Shown here: piece after piece, positions 39,000-50,989 of the stretch
Numbering within the stretch: position 1 is the stretch's first letter
Layout of the letters: the number at the start of each line of letters is the position of its first letter
Assembly: GCA_964016885.1 (NCBI GenBank)
Contig: OZ024755.1
Span: 22,878,001 to 22,942,000, forward strand
From: Eledone cirrhosa
Lineage: Eukaryota
Reading direction: 5' to 3'
DNA: 64,000 nucleotides
Translations under genes and position numbers: made by a program
The notes under the pieces: model-generated
Databases searched by the model: none
Told to the model about the DNA's origin: nothing
What the model saw: the letters and a program-made list of their open reading frames with translations, nothing else

Positions 39000-40223
39000 G
39001 TCAGTTCATACTATAGTGTAAAGTTAAGTAAATCAGTCAAAACCAACTATATGAAATTGTAAAAGCTAACTATAATAAATATTTTATATATATATATATG
39101 TGTGTATATATATATATATACACACATATGTACACCTACACACATACATAAATGTATGTGTGTAGGTGTGTGTAAAGGATTAAAAGAAAATTTCATCCAT
39201 TTCCTCTAATGGCCACACCTTAGCAGTAAGTTACAAGAAAAAAAGAGTACATGAATGTTATTCCTTGGCTAGATGTTACTTTACTTAGATAAGTGGTTAG
39301 TTCACACCCAGAATAACACTTGTGAGAAAACAGGGGTGAGGGGAACAAAAACATGGTATTGCATAAGAGGTGTAAATTCTGAATGACTATATCATGTAGA
39401 CAAACTAATCAAACATAATTTAGGCTCTTGACTTCAGATGACTAAAAGAAAAGTAAGTATTCAGATCTTGGGGTGAAAGCAATTACATATCAACTGACAT
39501 TATACTAGTTTCAATGACTATATATAATAGTTTCAATTAGTCACACAAGATAGACTGATATCATATATCTATAAACAAATATAAGCCGAGGAATATTTGA
39601 CCCCAAAAAATCAATGGTAAAATGGAGAGGAGGTGGTCAACTTATATTCAGCATCTAAACATAATGTTGATTAGTTGCCTCGGCTTATAAATGGTTTTGG
39701 ATTTTTGTCAGGCATAAAATAGGCAGTGGGGAATCAGCTTATATTCATGTATATATGGTATATAACTGCAATTACAAACGTTATCCAAACTTATAAATTC
39801 TCGTTTGTAATCTTTATGTTTATATATCATCATGGACTCTATTTCGAAGTCAGTGCAGTTGTTAGAACATTTTTGATCCAGCTGTCTGTATATTTTATTT
39901 AAAACCTGTTGATATTAACTTTGGTTTTCATCCTTTCAAGGTTGATAAACAAAATACCAGTCCTTGGTGATATTTGTTCTGGCTTTGTGTATTTTCAGTT
40001 CAAATACCACCTCTTGACACCAGAGAAATAATAACATGATGGGGTTCCTATCATTGAAACGCCCAAGAAACTTCATATATGATGCAACCTCTAAGGAGAC
40101 TGGTTGAACCTAAGCTGGTGTGAGCTGTAACAATAGCAACAACAATAAATTATGGATTTGTGCCATGGAGAAGTTTTGATGTGCCAATTAACTTCGATCA
40201 GAGAAGCATAACATAGTCTAAAT

Positions 40224-40376
40224 CAGTCATGGATAAAGTGTGGCCCATTTGGCTTTCTCAATGGTGGACCTAATTTCAGTATTGCCTTGAATTTTTTAAA
40301 AATATATTGCAGCCAACCTTATGATGAGCCACATCCTATGTGGCCCATTGCTTGAAAAAGGTTGCCAGTGCCTCTG
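40224..40376. mobile_element. Decayed hAT/Charlie-like MITE
   Basis: CAGTCATGGATAAAGTGTGGCCC start and GTGGCCC...GAAAAAGGTTGCC...CTG end resemble Charlie-type MITE ends. Confidence 0.4.
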
Positions 40377-40378
40377 GT

Positions 40379-40590
40379 TTAACCCTCTTAGCATTTACAT
40401 TACTCTATATATACTATTGTATTTTCACTGTAAAGGCTTTACCTCACATAATTCTCACATAATATCGAATCTATGAGATTTTGATATTATTTATTTTGAG
40501 AACAATTCCTTAATATCAGTATGAATGGTTGGTTGGTTACTGCCAGTTTGAACAGAAAGAGGTGAGAGATTTCTGGTCGGATACAACCGA
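40379..40590. mobile_element. TTAA MITE family 1, right end missing
   Basis: Homologous to 43355-43570. Confidence 0.75.
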
Positions 40591-40892
40591 AGATGGGCCA
40601 TGATGAGTTTTATAAATCCAAAGAAGTCACTAATGTTTTTTTTACACAAGACAATCTAGAATGTAAAACAAAATATAGTAAATTTACAATTATCCTTTTG
40701 CTTAGTTTGTTATATAAGGTTCAGCTATAAAAGAACTGGTTGTTGTTGCTGTTGTTTATTCCGAAGTCAGGATTTATCAAGAAAACCTATGACTAGAGGT
40801 ATATAAACTGTGATCATACTGTCTTTTACTGAATGTGTGGCCTTGTGCCAAAGTTAGAAATACTTGTAGCTTTTTTCTTCAGAAGAATCAGT

Positions 40893-40971
<79 letters not shown>

Positions 40972-41656
40972 GATTAAGAAGTGACAAAGTATGGAATTAA
41001 CTCAGAACCAAAGAGTTAATGCTGATGGTGGAAAGGAAATTAAAGAATTCCAAGTTGTTAGAAGGAAGGAAATTAATACATTCCTGACATATCAGAGGAA
41101 AAATAATAATACCAATATCAAAATAAAAGAACACGCAGGAGGAAATATTTGTGCTGTTAAGTATAAAAAAAACCAACAGTTCATTCAATGGACAAATGTT
41201 GCACTGATACTTATATTGCACTAAAGAACATCACATATGACATCCTGTTACATCAATGGGAGCCTCTGTTTAGTTATTCAACCTACTAGAAATAGCAGCC
41301 CTTACAATCAGGCAAAAATGAAGCATTTGATAATGTAGTACAGGGTAAATGAACAAAAATATTGTAAAAGAAGGTTGGGCAGAATTGGTGGAGTCGTATT
41401 TTTTTATAGTTCTTTCCATTCTGAGTTCAAAACTCATCAAGGTCAACTTTGCTTTTCATCCTCCCGAGGTTGATAAAATAAAGTACCGGTCAAGTACTGG
41501 GGTGGATTTATTAACTTTGCCCTGCCCCGAAATTTGCTAGCTTTGTGCCTAAAATCATTATTTTGCAAAAACAAAATAATAAATTATCTGGTGTTTTTTT
41601 TTTTTAATATAAAAATGAGTGATTTTTACAACTTGCTCAACAAAAAGAACAATGGT

Positions 41657-41690
<34 letters not shown>

Positions 41691-41897
41691 CACACACACA
41701 CCTTTCTATGCATATTTTTAGAAATGTCACATCAAATAAAGAAATTTTAGACACAAACAATACCCAGCAGCTTAAAAAACAATTTTGGAAGAATTGTCAT
41801 TAGAAACTTTTGCTTCTTGTCCAAGGAATCATTCAAAGAGAAAGTTGCCTATCTTTCTTTCTTTATTTGTTTATTCTTTATTCCTTATGCTTACCAG

Positions 41898-41951
41898 ATA
41901 GCAAGCAGCAAGGCCCTTTTTGTTGGGGAAGAACATACATATGTTATTCCA
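41898..41951 (+). CDS. Candidate 54-bp internal exon (IASSKALFVGEEHTYVIP in phase 0)
   Basis: Polypyrimidine tract plus CAG acceptor and GTAAGT donor; open, length divisible by 3, non-repetitive. No homology recognised. Confidence 0.35.
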
Positions 41952-42055
41952 GTAAGTTTAGTTTTGTAAAATTATATTGCTAATCTCTATTTCCATTTTT
42001 TAATCTTATTTGTGCATTTACATTCGTGTGTGTATTTATATATATATATATATAT

Positions 42056-42602
42056 ATATTATATTTTTTAATGTATTTTGAAAAATTGATTGAATTTTAC
42101 TTGTTCTGCTTATCTTAATATTAAAGTTCTGGTGTATCAAATTAACACCATTGAACAACCTTGAATCATAGACAACCTATGTATTTCTAGGGGTACCTAG
42201 TATCCCTGGACATATTAACTTCTACCTTTTTCTCCGTCCGTTGAGAACAAATCTGTTGCTCTACTTGGCTGCTATTTTTTTAGTAGTAATTGTAGACAGC
42301 AAGTCTTTGATTTTCCCGCTTTTACTTCGGTCCAGTTTACATACGGGTCAATTTTACGACCTTTCAGACCTTTATTAGCTGGCAGGAGGTTGTATATTTT
42401 GTCGTTCCTGGGACGTTTAGCCCTAGGATGGGAAAATGCTTCTCTGATGAGCTTTGGTTTTCCATCATAAATCCATCGGATTTATGAGGTTTTACAAAGC
42501 GAAACTGATCAGTAAGGGCCACTAGGAGAGGTAAATATTTATATTATATTTTTTAATGTATTTTGAAAAATTGATTGAATTTTACTTGTTCTGCTTATCT
42601 TA

Positions 42603-42606
<4 letters not shown>
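42056..42606 (+). mobile_element. ~485-bp hammerhead-containing unit with 66-bp terminal direct repeat (retrozyme / Penelope pLTR-like)
   Basis: 42056-42121 is identical to 42541-42606 (offset 485). It is flanked on both sides by (TA)n and contains a hammerhead at 42440-42518. Confidence 0.75.
42440..42518 (+). ncRNA. Type I hammerhead ribozyme
   Basis: Stem I TTCT(42440-43)/AGGG(42515-18). Core CTGATGA 42444-50. Stem II GCTTTG/CAAAGC, extended by TCATAAATCC/GGATTTATGA. GAAA 42501-04. Palindromic stem III ACTGATCAGT. Cleavage triplet GUA, cut after 42514. Confidence 0.82.
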
Positions 42607-42641
<35 letters not shown>

Positions 42642-42712
42642 TAGTGGTAGAACACTGGAAGGTAATATCCGTAGTGGTAGAGCACTCAGTCCATGGGACG
42701 AGTTTGGTAGAA

Positions 42713-42799
42713 GTAGTTCCACAACAGTTAGTTCACCGCTATGGTGAACTAACTGTTGTGGAACTACCTGAAGTGGTTACACAACAGTTAGTTCACCAT
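42713..42799. repeat. 25-bp perfect hairpin plus a third arm copy
   Basis: GTAGTTCCACAACAGTTAGTTCACC-GCTAT-GGTGAACTAACTGTTGTGGAACTAC; CACAACAGTTAGTTCACCAT occurs again at 42780-42799. Confidence 0.85.
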
Positions 42800-43139
42800 A
42801 CCGAGAACAATTGTTTCACCTTAGCGGATCCTCAGCTCATAATGGACATGGTTATATGGAACAGGAAGGACAACCGTACAAACGTGGATGCGCAGAAACG
42901 ATCACTTCACTGGGAATCGAAATCTTGACCTTATGATCAGAAGCCAAACACCCTAACCAGGAGGCTATGAATTTTCACATATACAATATATATATATGGG
43001 AGTGGGGAATATATTACATATATATATCTATATTTATATGTGCAATTTACTTCATATATATATATATATATATATGCAATATATTCCCGATATATCATCA
43101 TCATCATCATTGTTTAGCATCTGTTTTCCTTGTTAGCAA

Positions 43140-43290
43140 GCGACGCATAGAGTTACGGCCTTTGTCATTCTGAGTTCAAATCCCACCGAGGTTAACTTTG
43201 CCTTTCATCCTTACGGGGGTCGATAAAATAAAGTACCAGTAATGTACTAGGATAATTGCTGGCCTTGTGCTAAAAGTAGAAACCATTATA
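43140..43290 (+). mobile_element. SINE family A, 5'-truncated
   Basis: B box, core and tail. Confidence 0.85.
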
Positions 43291-43354
43291 TCTACCTTCT
43301 TTTCCTACTGGTATTTTCATTGTATGAAAAAAACAGGTGAAAGCATTTTAGAGT

Positions 43355-43570
43355 TTAACCCTTTAGTATTCACATTTCTCTATATTTACTATTGTATTTT
43401 CACATAAAAGGCTTTATCTCACATAATATTGAATCTACGAGATTTTGATGTTATTTATTTTGAGAACAATACCTTAACCTCGGTATAAGCAGCCAGTTAC
43501 GACCGGTTTGAACAGAAGGAGGCGAGAGAATTCTGGCCAGATATGGCCAGTTTAAATGCTAAAGGGTTAA
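43355..43570. mobile_element. piggyBac-like TTAA MITE family 1
   Basis: TTAA-CCCTTTAG(T)ATT...AAATGCTAAAGGG-TTAA. Confidence 0.85.
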
Positions 43571-43792
43571 ACTTGTTCTGTAAAGAATATGCTTTCTGTA
43601 TTGTATTAAGATAATAATACAATCTAATATAAAACAGAGATTGTAAACCTTGCCCCTACCCTTTCACTCCTATGAATGACAGAACTAGCTGTTAACTTTC
43701 CTGCAAGTCAGCTCTCATAAAATGTAATTTCACAGCATATGACCATCTTCAAAGCAGACTGTGAAACACCTCAGGTATTCTGCTATGAATAT

Positions 43793-43837
<45 letters not shown>

Positions 43838-44006
43838 CATAGAGAATTCACTAATTAATGCACCAGACAATCATTCTGCTACACTGCAGAAACAAAAAAA
43901 AAGATGAATAGTTCTAAAATAAATAAAATCTCTATCCATAGTAGTCTTTAGATTACTAAAATAATAGTAATAATAATAACAATAATAATAATAATAATAA
44001 TAATAA

Positions 44007-44273
44007 TAATTGTTTCTACTTTAGGCACAAGGCCAGCAATTACCCAGTGCATTACTGGTACTTTATTTTAATAATAATAATAATAATTGTTTCTACTTTA
44101 GGCACAAGGCCAGCAATTAACCAGTGCATTACTGGTACTTTTATTTTATCGACCCCGTAAGGATGAAAGGCAAAGTCAACCTCGGCGGGATTTGAACTCA
44201 GATCGTAAAGGGACGTAACTATGCTGGAAAGCATGGCGTCCGACCCTCTACTGATACTGCCAATTCACCGCCC
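44007..44273 (-). mobile_element. SINE family A with duplicated 3' end, in (AAT)n
   Basis: Full copy at ~44085-44273 plus an extra tail copy at ~44007-44070. Confidence 0.88.
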
Positions 44274-44276
44274 TAG

Positions 44277-44326
<50 letters not shown>

Positions 44327-44741
44327 GATAATAATAATGTAGATCTTTGATCTTTACCAATTAACTATCTCATGTTAATGACTATTGTGAACAGCACCAA
44401 TTATAATGCAATAAAGTTTGATATGAGCTAATAAAAAAAATATTGAGAAAACATGAAACTATGAGATATTACAGAACTATGAGATAGTACAGAAAGATGA
44501 AGGTGTGGGAGGTGTATTAAGGATTTATTTTTCTTCACTAGAATAGCTTTACCAGTGCATCTCTCTTGCAATCCTCTGGGGAGTAATACTTTTCTAATTC
44601 TGTCCACTGGGAGCTTCAGGTAATATCCGAACATGCACCTGAGGTTCTGTATGTCAGAGGGGTAGATAACTTTTCATTTGTTCGTTTGAACTGTTAAAAT
44701 TGGTCACAGCCTACATGCATATGTATATATACACATACATA

Positions 44742-47503
44742 GAGCAGGGGAACACGCCAGCCAGATAGATTATATCCTTACGAGAAGAAGGGACAAAGTG
44801 TCTGTTGTAAACATTAAATCCCTACCCCGTGAAGTATGCACCTCCCAACATAGCCTAGTAGTTAGTGACCTCATAGTCAGGAATAGACGTACTCGACGAC
44901 AGAAGAGGCCTACCTTGAGGAGAAGAATATGGAAGTTGAAGGACCCCATAGCCAGTGACAAATTTAAAAACTTATTACTTGATGCCTTTGACAATAAGGA
45001 AGAGCAATTAGAGACATGCGATATAGAGGAACAGTGGCAATTCTTGAAAGTGAACCTGCTGAAAGCAACGGATGAAGTCTGTGGCTGGAGCAGACCTATT
45101 GGCAGGAGAAGAGTAACTTGGTGGTGGAACAGTAAGGTGGAAGAGACAACCAAGGCCAAAAAGCAGGCTTGGAAAGTATGGCAGCATGGGGGAAGTAGAG
45201 AGCACTATCAAGTGGCCAGGAGAGAAGCTAGGAGACAAGTGTACCTTGCAAAAAGGGTAGCAGAGGATAGAAAGTTCAAGCATGTTCTACAACGTGAGGA
45301 CCAAAAACGTGAGGTGTTCAGGATTGCTAGACAATGTGTCAAGGAAAACCGTGATATTGTCGGGGAGAAGTGTGTCCGTAATGATAACGGTGTACTTGCG
45401 CTCACTGATACTGATAAGAAGATAGTGTCACTACAAGAGACTATTAAATGAGGAGAATAAATGGGAAAAAGATAGTCTGCCCCAAATCGATCCAATAGAA
45501 GGACCAGCGGTGCAAGTTAAAGGTAGTATAATAAGTAAGGCAATCAAAGATATGAAGACAGGCAAGGCAGCTGAGCCTTCGGAGATAGTTGCTGAGATGT
45601 TGAAGCATCTGGTATGGTGGGACACACTATGGTCACCCGTATAGTTAACCAAGTAATACAGAATGGGGTCATACCGAAAGACTGGAGTAGCAGCATCATC
45701 ATTAACTGCTACAAAGGTAAAGGGGATGCTCTAGATTGGGGAAATTATAGAGGCATTAAGTTAGTTGACCAGGTCATGAAGGTCACAGAAAGAGTTATAG
45801 CGCAACTAATCAGAGAGCGAATTGATTTAGATGAAATGCAGTTTGGGTTTGTGTCAGGTAAAAGTACCGGAGAAAGCCTTTGACAGAGTCCCCCATTCCA
45901 TTATCTAGTGGGCTCTTAGAAAACTAGGTGTAGATGAATGGCTTGTGAGAGCTATACAAGCTATATATAATGAAACAGTCAGTAAGGTTAGAATTAACAA
46001 TGAATATTGTGAAGAATTTAGTGTAAAAGTTGGCGTTCATCAAGGCTCTGTCCTTAGCCCCCTCCTATTTATTATTGCCCTTCAGGCTATAACAGAGGAG
46101 TTCAAGACGGGCTGCCCATGACAACTCCTATACGCAGATGATCTAACGCTCATAGCTGAATCAATGGCTGAACTAGAGAAGAAATTCCAAACATGGAAGC
46201 ATGGCCTAGAATCAAAAGGCCTTAAAGTTAACTTGTCTAAGACTAAAGTTCTAGTTTGTAGAAAGGAAAATAGGGCACAGATGCCCTCAGGGAAATGGCC
46301 ATGCTCAGTGTGTAGGAAAGGAGTAGGCAGAAATTCCATTTTATGTCCCAAATGCAAAGTATGGGTACATAAAAGATGTAGTGGGATCACAGGTAAACTA
46401 TCTAAGAACGTAGATTTTATATGTGGCCGATGCTCAGGTGCAATAAGTAGCAAGTGTCCACAGGATACTAGCTCCTTCTATTGCCCAGATGGTTCAATAG
46501 AAATAGTAGACACTTTTCGTTACCAGGGTGACGATATCAGCAGTGGAGGAGGGTGTTCTGAAAGTACAGTAGCCAGAGTCAGAACGGGATGGAAAAAGTT
46601 CAGAGAGCTTATACTGCTGTTGGCCACAAAAGGTTTCTCTCTAAAAATGAAAGGCAGATTGTATGATGTTTGTATACGAACAGCAATGCTACATAGCAGT
46701 GAGACATGGGCATTACGTGCAGAGGACCTGCGCAGATGGGAAAGGAACGAAGCATGCATGCTCCGTTGGATGTGTAATAGTAATATACGTGAACGGCAAA
46801 ACATAAATGAACTAAGTGAGAAATTAGGAATAAGAGGGATCAGATGCTGTTTATTTGAGAGAAGACTATGTTGGTATGGCCACGTGATACGCATGAAAGA
46901 CGACAGCTGTATAAAAAAGTGCAGGGCGATCAAAATTGATGGTAGTTACAGAGTAGGTAGACCCAGAAAAACCTGGGAGGATCTAATAAATTCCGACCTT
47001 ACACACTTGCACCTCTCTAAGACAATGTCACTGGACCGAGATCTTTGGCGCTATGCAGTAATACAGAAGACCTGCCTTGCCTATGTACTAAGCGAAACCT
47101 ACAGTCAGTAGGCACCTCTTAAACCAAATATACACCACAATCCACTACCCCTACCCTATCCTCCCACTCCCACCAACACCAACCTCTCTCTGTAAAGTTG
47201 GTACCACAACATCCAGTCCAAATAAATGAGATAATGAGATTGAGATCGTGTAGGTGTCACGACAAAACAGACACAGTCGACGCTGTAATGTGGCCGTGTA
47301 TGTAACACGGTAAAAAGTTCCCAGTTCCACACTGTAAATGTGGTTGGTGTTAGGAAGGGCATCCAGCCATAGAAAACTTGCCAGATAGTCCTATATGAGC
47401 GAGACACGGTCACCCAACCAACCTTGATTCAAATTGGGACAACTCCCACCTAACCCATGCTAGCGTGGAAAATGGACGTTAAACGAAGATGATGATGATG
47501 ATG
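44742..47503 (+). mobile_element. 5'-truncated, decayed RTE-clade LINE (APE C-terminus, RT, Cys/His finger, 3' UTR)
   Basis: QIDYIL...SQHSLV (APE end), WWN, YKGKGD...NYRGIKL, QFGF, KAFD, GVHQGSVLSPLLF, LYADD (YADD 46131-46142), WYGHV..R, GRPRKTW and a (TGA)n tail. It has several frameshifts and stops. Confidence 0.93.
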
Positions 47504-47723
47504 ACATACATGCATGTATATGTCGATACATACACACTCAGACACACATACATATGTATATACATACATATACATGTATACATATATATGTGCATACATG
47601 CATACACACATATACTTGCTTATATACATACATATACACACATACACTCATACATAAATTCATACATGCATACATACATATGTGCATACATACATACGCA
47701 TTTACATACATATATACATATGT

Positions 47724-48070
47724 GGAGGCACATGGCTTAGTGGTTAGAGCATTGGTCTTGCAATCGACAGGTTGTGAGTTCAATTCTCAGACCGGGTGAT
47801 GTGTTGTTTCCTTGAGCAAGACACTTTATTTCACATTGCTCCAGTTTACTCAGCTGTAGAAATGAGATGATAGGCACTGGGGTCCATATCATTCCACTGC
47901 AAAGTGGTCGTGGAGGTGTCACGGCAAAAAAGCACCCAGCACTCACTGTAAATGAGGTTGGTGTTAGGAAGGGCATCCAGCTGTAGAAATCAAGCCAGAA
48001 TCAGTTCCCGTCCCACCCTTGCAAGCAGGGAAAAAGCGACGTAAAATGAAATGATGATGATGATGATGAT
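47724..48070 (+). mobile_element. SINE family B
   Basis: Near-identical to other B copies. Confidence 0.88.
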
Positions 48071-49213
48071 ATGTGCATATATACATATGTATATACATAC
48101 ATATATACATATGTGTATGTATACATACTCACACATATATATACAAATAGCTGTTTGTCTTATGAAGGAATAAATAATATATTATTTATTTTTACAGAAT
48201 TGGTAACATATTTTTTTAATTCTAAGCCTTAAGAAACTGTGTTTTTGCAACAAATGTAAACAAATGTCTTTTATGTAAAATAATGTAAACAACAAAGATA
48301 AGAAGAAATTCTTCATGTTTAAAAACAATTACCTTATCTATCAGGAAAGAAGTTTATGTCTATGTAAAATAAACAGTAGCAACAACAAAAATTTAAGGTA
48401 GTGCTGTGTTTATTTAAGATACAATTTGTTTTAAAAATTATAATGTAGCAATCAAACTATTAACCTAATTTTTATGTTTATATCTACACTAATCAGTAGA
48501 GCCTTGTTTCACAAAATTAATTCATTCCTGAAGGCCAATAGTTACCCCATACAAAATCTTGAGGGAGAAATGCAGTGAGAGAGACTGTGTGTGTAAGGCA
48601 AATAGGTATCATCATAAGTAAATGTGGTTGGTGTTAGGAAGGGAACCCAGCTGTAAACTACCCGGCCATATTTATAGTCCTTGCCGGAGCAATGTGTGAC
48701 ATGGCCAACCATAGCCAGAATTGCCTCCTGGCATGGACAACATGTCTAACCTATGCAATCATGGAAGAATTGATGCTAAATGGAAATGATGATAGTAACT
48801 AACTACACAACAAGTGATGCTTTCCTGCCAATACTCCCAGCTTGTTGCCAACCAATGTTGCCAGCTTGTGTGTTCATTACCTGAGACACTGTTCATGAAC
48901 CGAGACGTTTTATGTTCAGAAAAAGTGTTTCTTAACTGTTCATGATGAGAGGCATTTGGGAACCAAATTCCGCTGTATTTTCATTTGCCTTGGACCCTTG
49001 TGAGCTCAAATTCTGCCAAGGACCAAGGCAAATAAGGTCATTGATAAAAATCTGAGGCAGTGGATTGGTGGAATTTTTAGAGTGTCACATATTTTGTTTT
49101 AGTTTCCTAAATTTTCCAATAAATTTTCCTAATAATCATACCTATCCAATATATGAATCAATTTACAAATAATACATCAACCAAGAAATTTTATCTCTAC
49201 AACCAACTCATTA

Positions 49214-49437
49214 TTAACCCATTACCATTTACATTATAGATGCTATTGTATTTTCACAGTAAAAACTTTACCTTGCATAACTATTTCACATAATATTGAA
49301 TCTATGAGATTTTGATATTATTTATTTTGACAACAATTTCTTAACATCAGTATATGTGGTTAGTTATGGCCAGTTTGAACAGTAAGGGGTGAGAGAATTC
49401 TGGCCGGATATGGCTAGTTTAAACGCTAAAGGGTTAA
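49214..49437. mobile_element. TTAA MITE family 1
   Basis: TTAA ends and a homologous interior. Confidence 0.8.
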
Positions 49438-49626
49438 CATATTTGGTAACATTAATTCCAAGAATCCAGCTTAGATGAAAAAACTTAAGATAAAAAAAGA
49501 AAATCACACACACAAATATTCACATAAGCTATTCATTCTATTAAAATCCTGAAATAAAATTAAAATAATTCTCACAGCACATTGTATTCATTGCTAACAA
49601 CTAATTTAACAAGAAGGTAGTTTTAT

Positions 49627-50383
49627 AATAATGGTTTCTGATTTAGTCACAAGTTCAGCAATTTTGGTGGAGGGAAAGTCAATTAAATCAACCCCAGTGC
49701 ATTACTGGTACTGCGGGTTGATTTAACCTCCAGTGCATTACTACTACCACTACTACTACTACTATGAGTACTACTACTAGTAATAATTGTTTCTACTTTT
49801 GGCACAAGGCCAGCAATTACCCAGTACATTACTGGTACTTTATTTTATCGACCCCGTAAGGATGAAAGGCAAAGTCAACCTCGGTGGGATTTGAACTCAG
49901 AATGACAAGGGCCGTAACTCTTTGTGTCAAAGCATGGCGTCCGACCCTCTACCGATACTGCCAATCCACTGGTTTCAGATTTAGGCACAAGGCCAACAAT
50001 CTTTTGGTAAAGGGAAAGTCAATTAAATCGACTCCAGTGGTTTATTTTATCAACACCATAAGGATGAAAGGCAAAGCTAACCTCAGTGGGATTTGAACTC
50101 AGAACTTAAAGGACATAACTCTATGTCACAATGCAGGGTGTCCAACGCTCTACCGATACTGCCAGTTATAATAATTGTTTCTACTTTTGGCACAAGGCCA
50201 GCAATTATCCAGTACATTACTGGTACTTTATTTTATCGACCCCGTAAGGATGAAAGGCAAAGTTAACCTCGGCGGGATTTGAACTCAGACCATAAAGGGA
50301 CATAACTATGCTACAAAGCATGGTGTCCAACCCTCTACCGATACTGCCAATCCACCGCCAATCCACTGCCAGTTATAATAATG
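49627..50383 (-). mobile_element. Cluster of 3-4 SINE family A copies, all minus strand
   Basis: Copies at ~49627-49720 (partial), 49782-49968, 49970-50165 and 50170-50360. The last has the TSD ACTGCCAGTTATAATAAT. Confidence 0.85.
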
Positions 50384-50670
50384 ATTTCATTTATTTGCCA
50401 TGCAGACATCAAATAGAGGAGACAATACAAAGAGGAAGTTACAACATTAACATGGGGGTTTACATAAAGAATGAGTAATACCCCCCCCCCCCCCCACACA
50501 CACACACAACATGTGATGCTTAGCTGTGCATGCATGAAGTGCCCCACCCCCTCGCAGTCATGACATTGCTGTTGCTACAATCTCCTTTCAAGGTGACAAT
50601 TAACAAACACTGTATATTGAGTTATATCACTGTCATATCATTGTCATCAACATCATCATCATAAGAAGAA

Positions 50671-50768
<98 letters not shown>

Positions 50769-50828
50769 GATTTCCATGGTTGGATGGGTTGTAACAGTCT
50801 GAACCAAATAGGTTGAGGCAACCTTATC

Positions 50829-50989
50829 TTGCTTATATGTACCATATTTGGCACGGTTTCTATGACTGGTTGCTTATATGTACCATATTTGGCATGGTTT
50901 CTATGACTGGTTGCTTATATGTACCATATTTGGCATGGTTTCTATGACTGGTTGCTTATATGTACCATATTTGGCATGGTCTATGACTG
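50829..50989. repeat. 41-bp minisatellite, ~4 copies
   Basis: Unit TTGCTTATATGTACCATATTTGGCATGGTTTCTATGACTGG. Confidence 0.9.
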
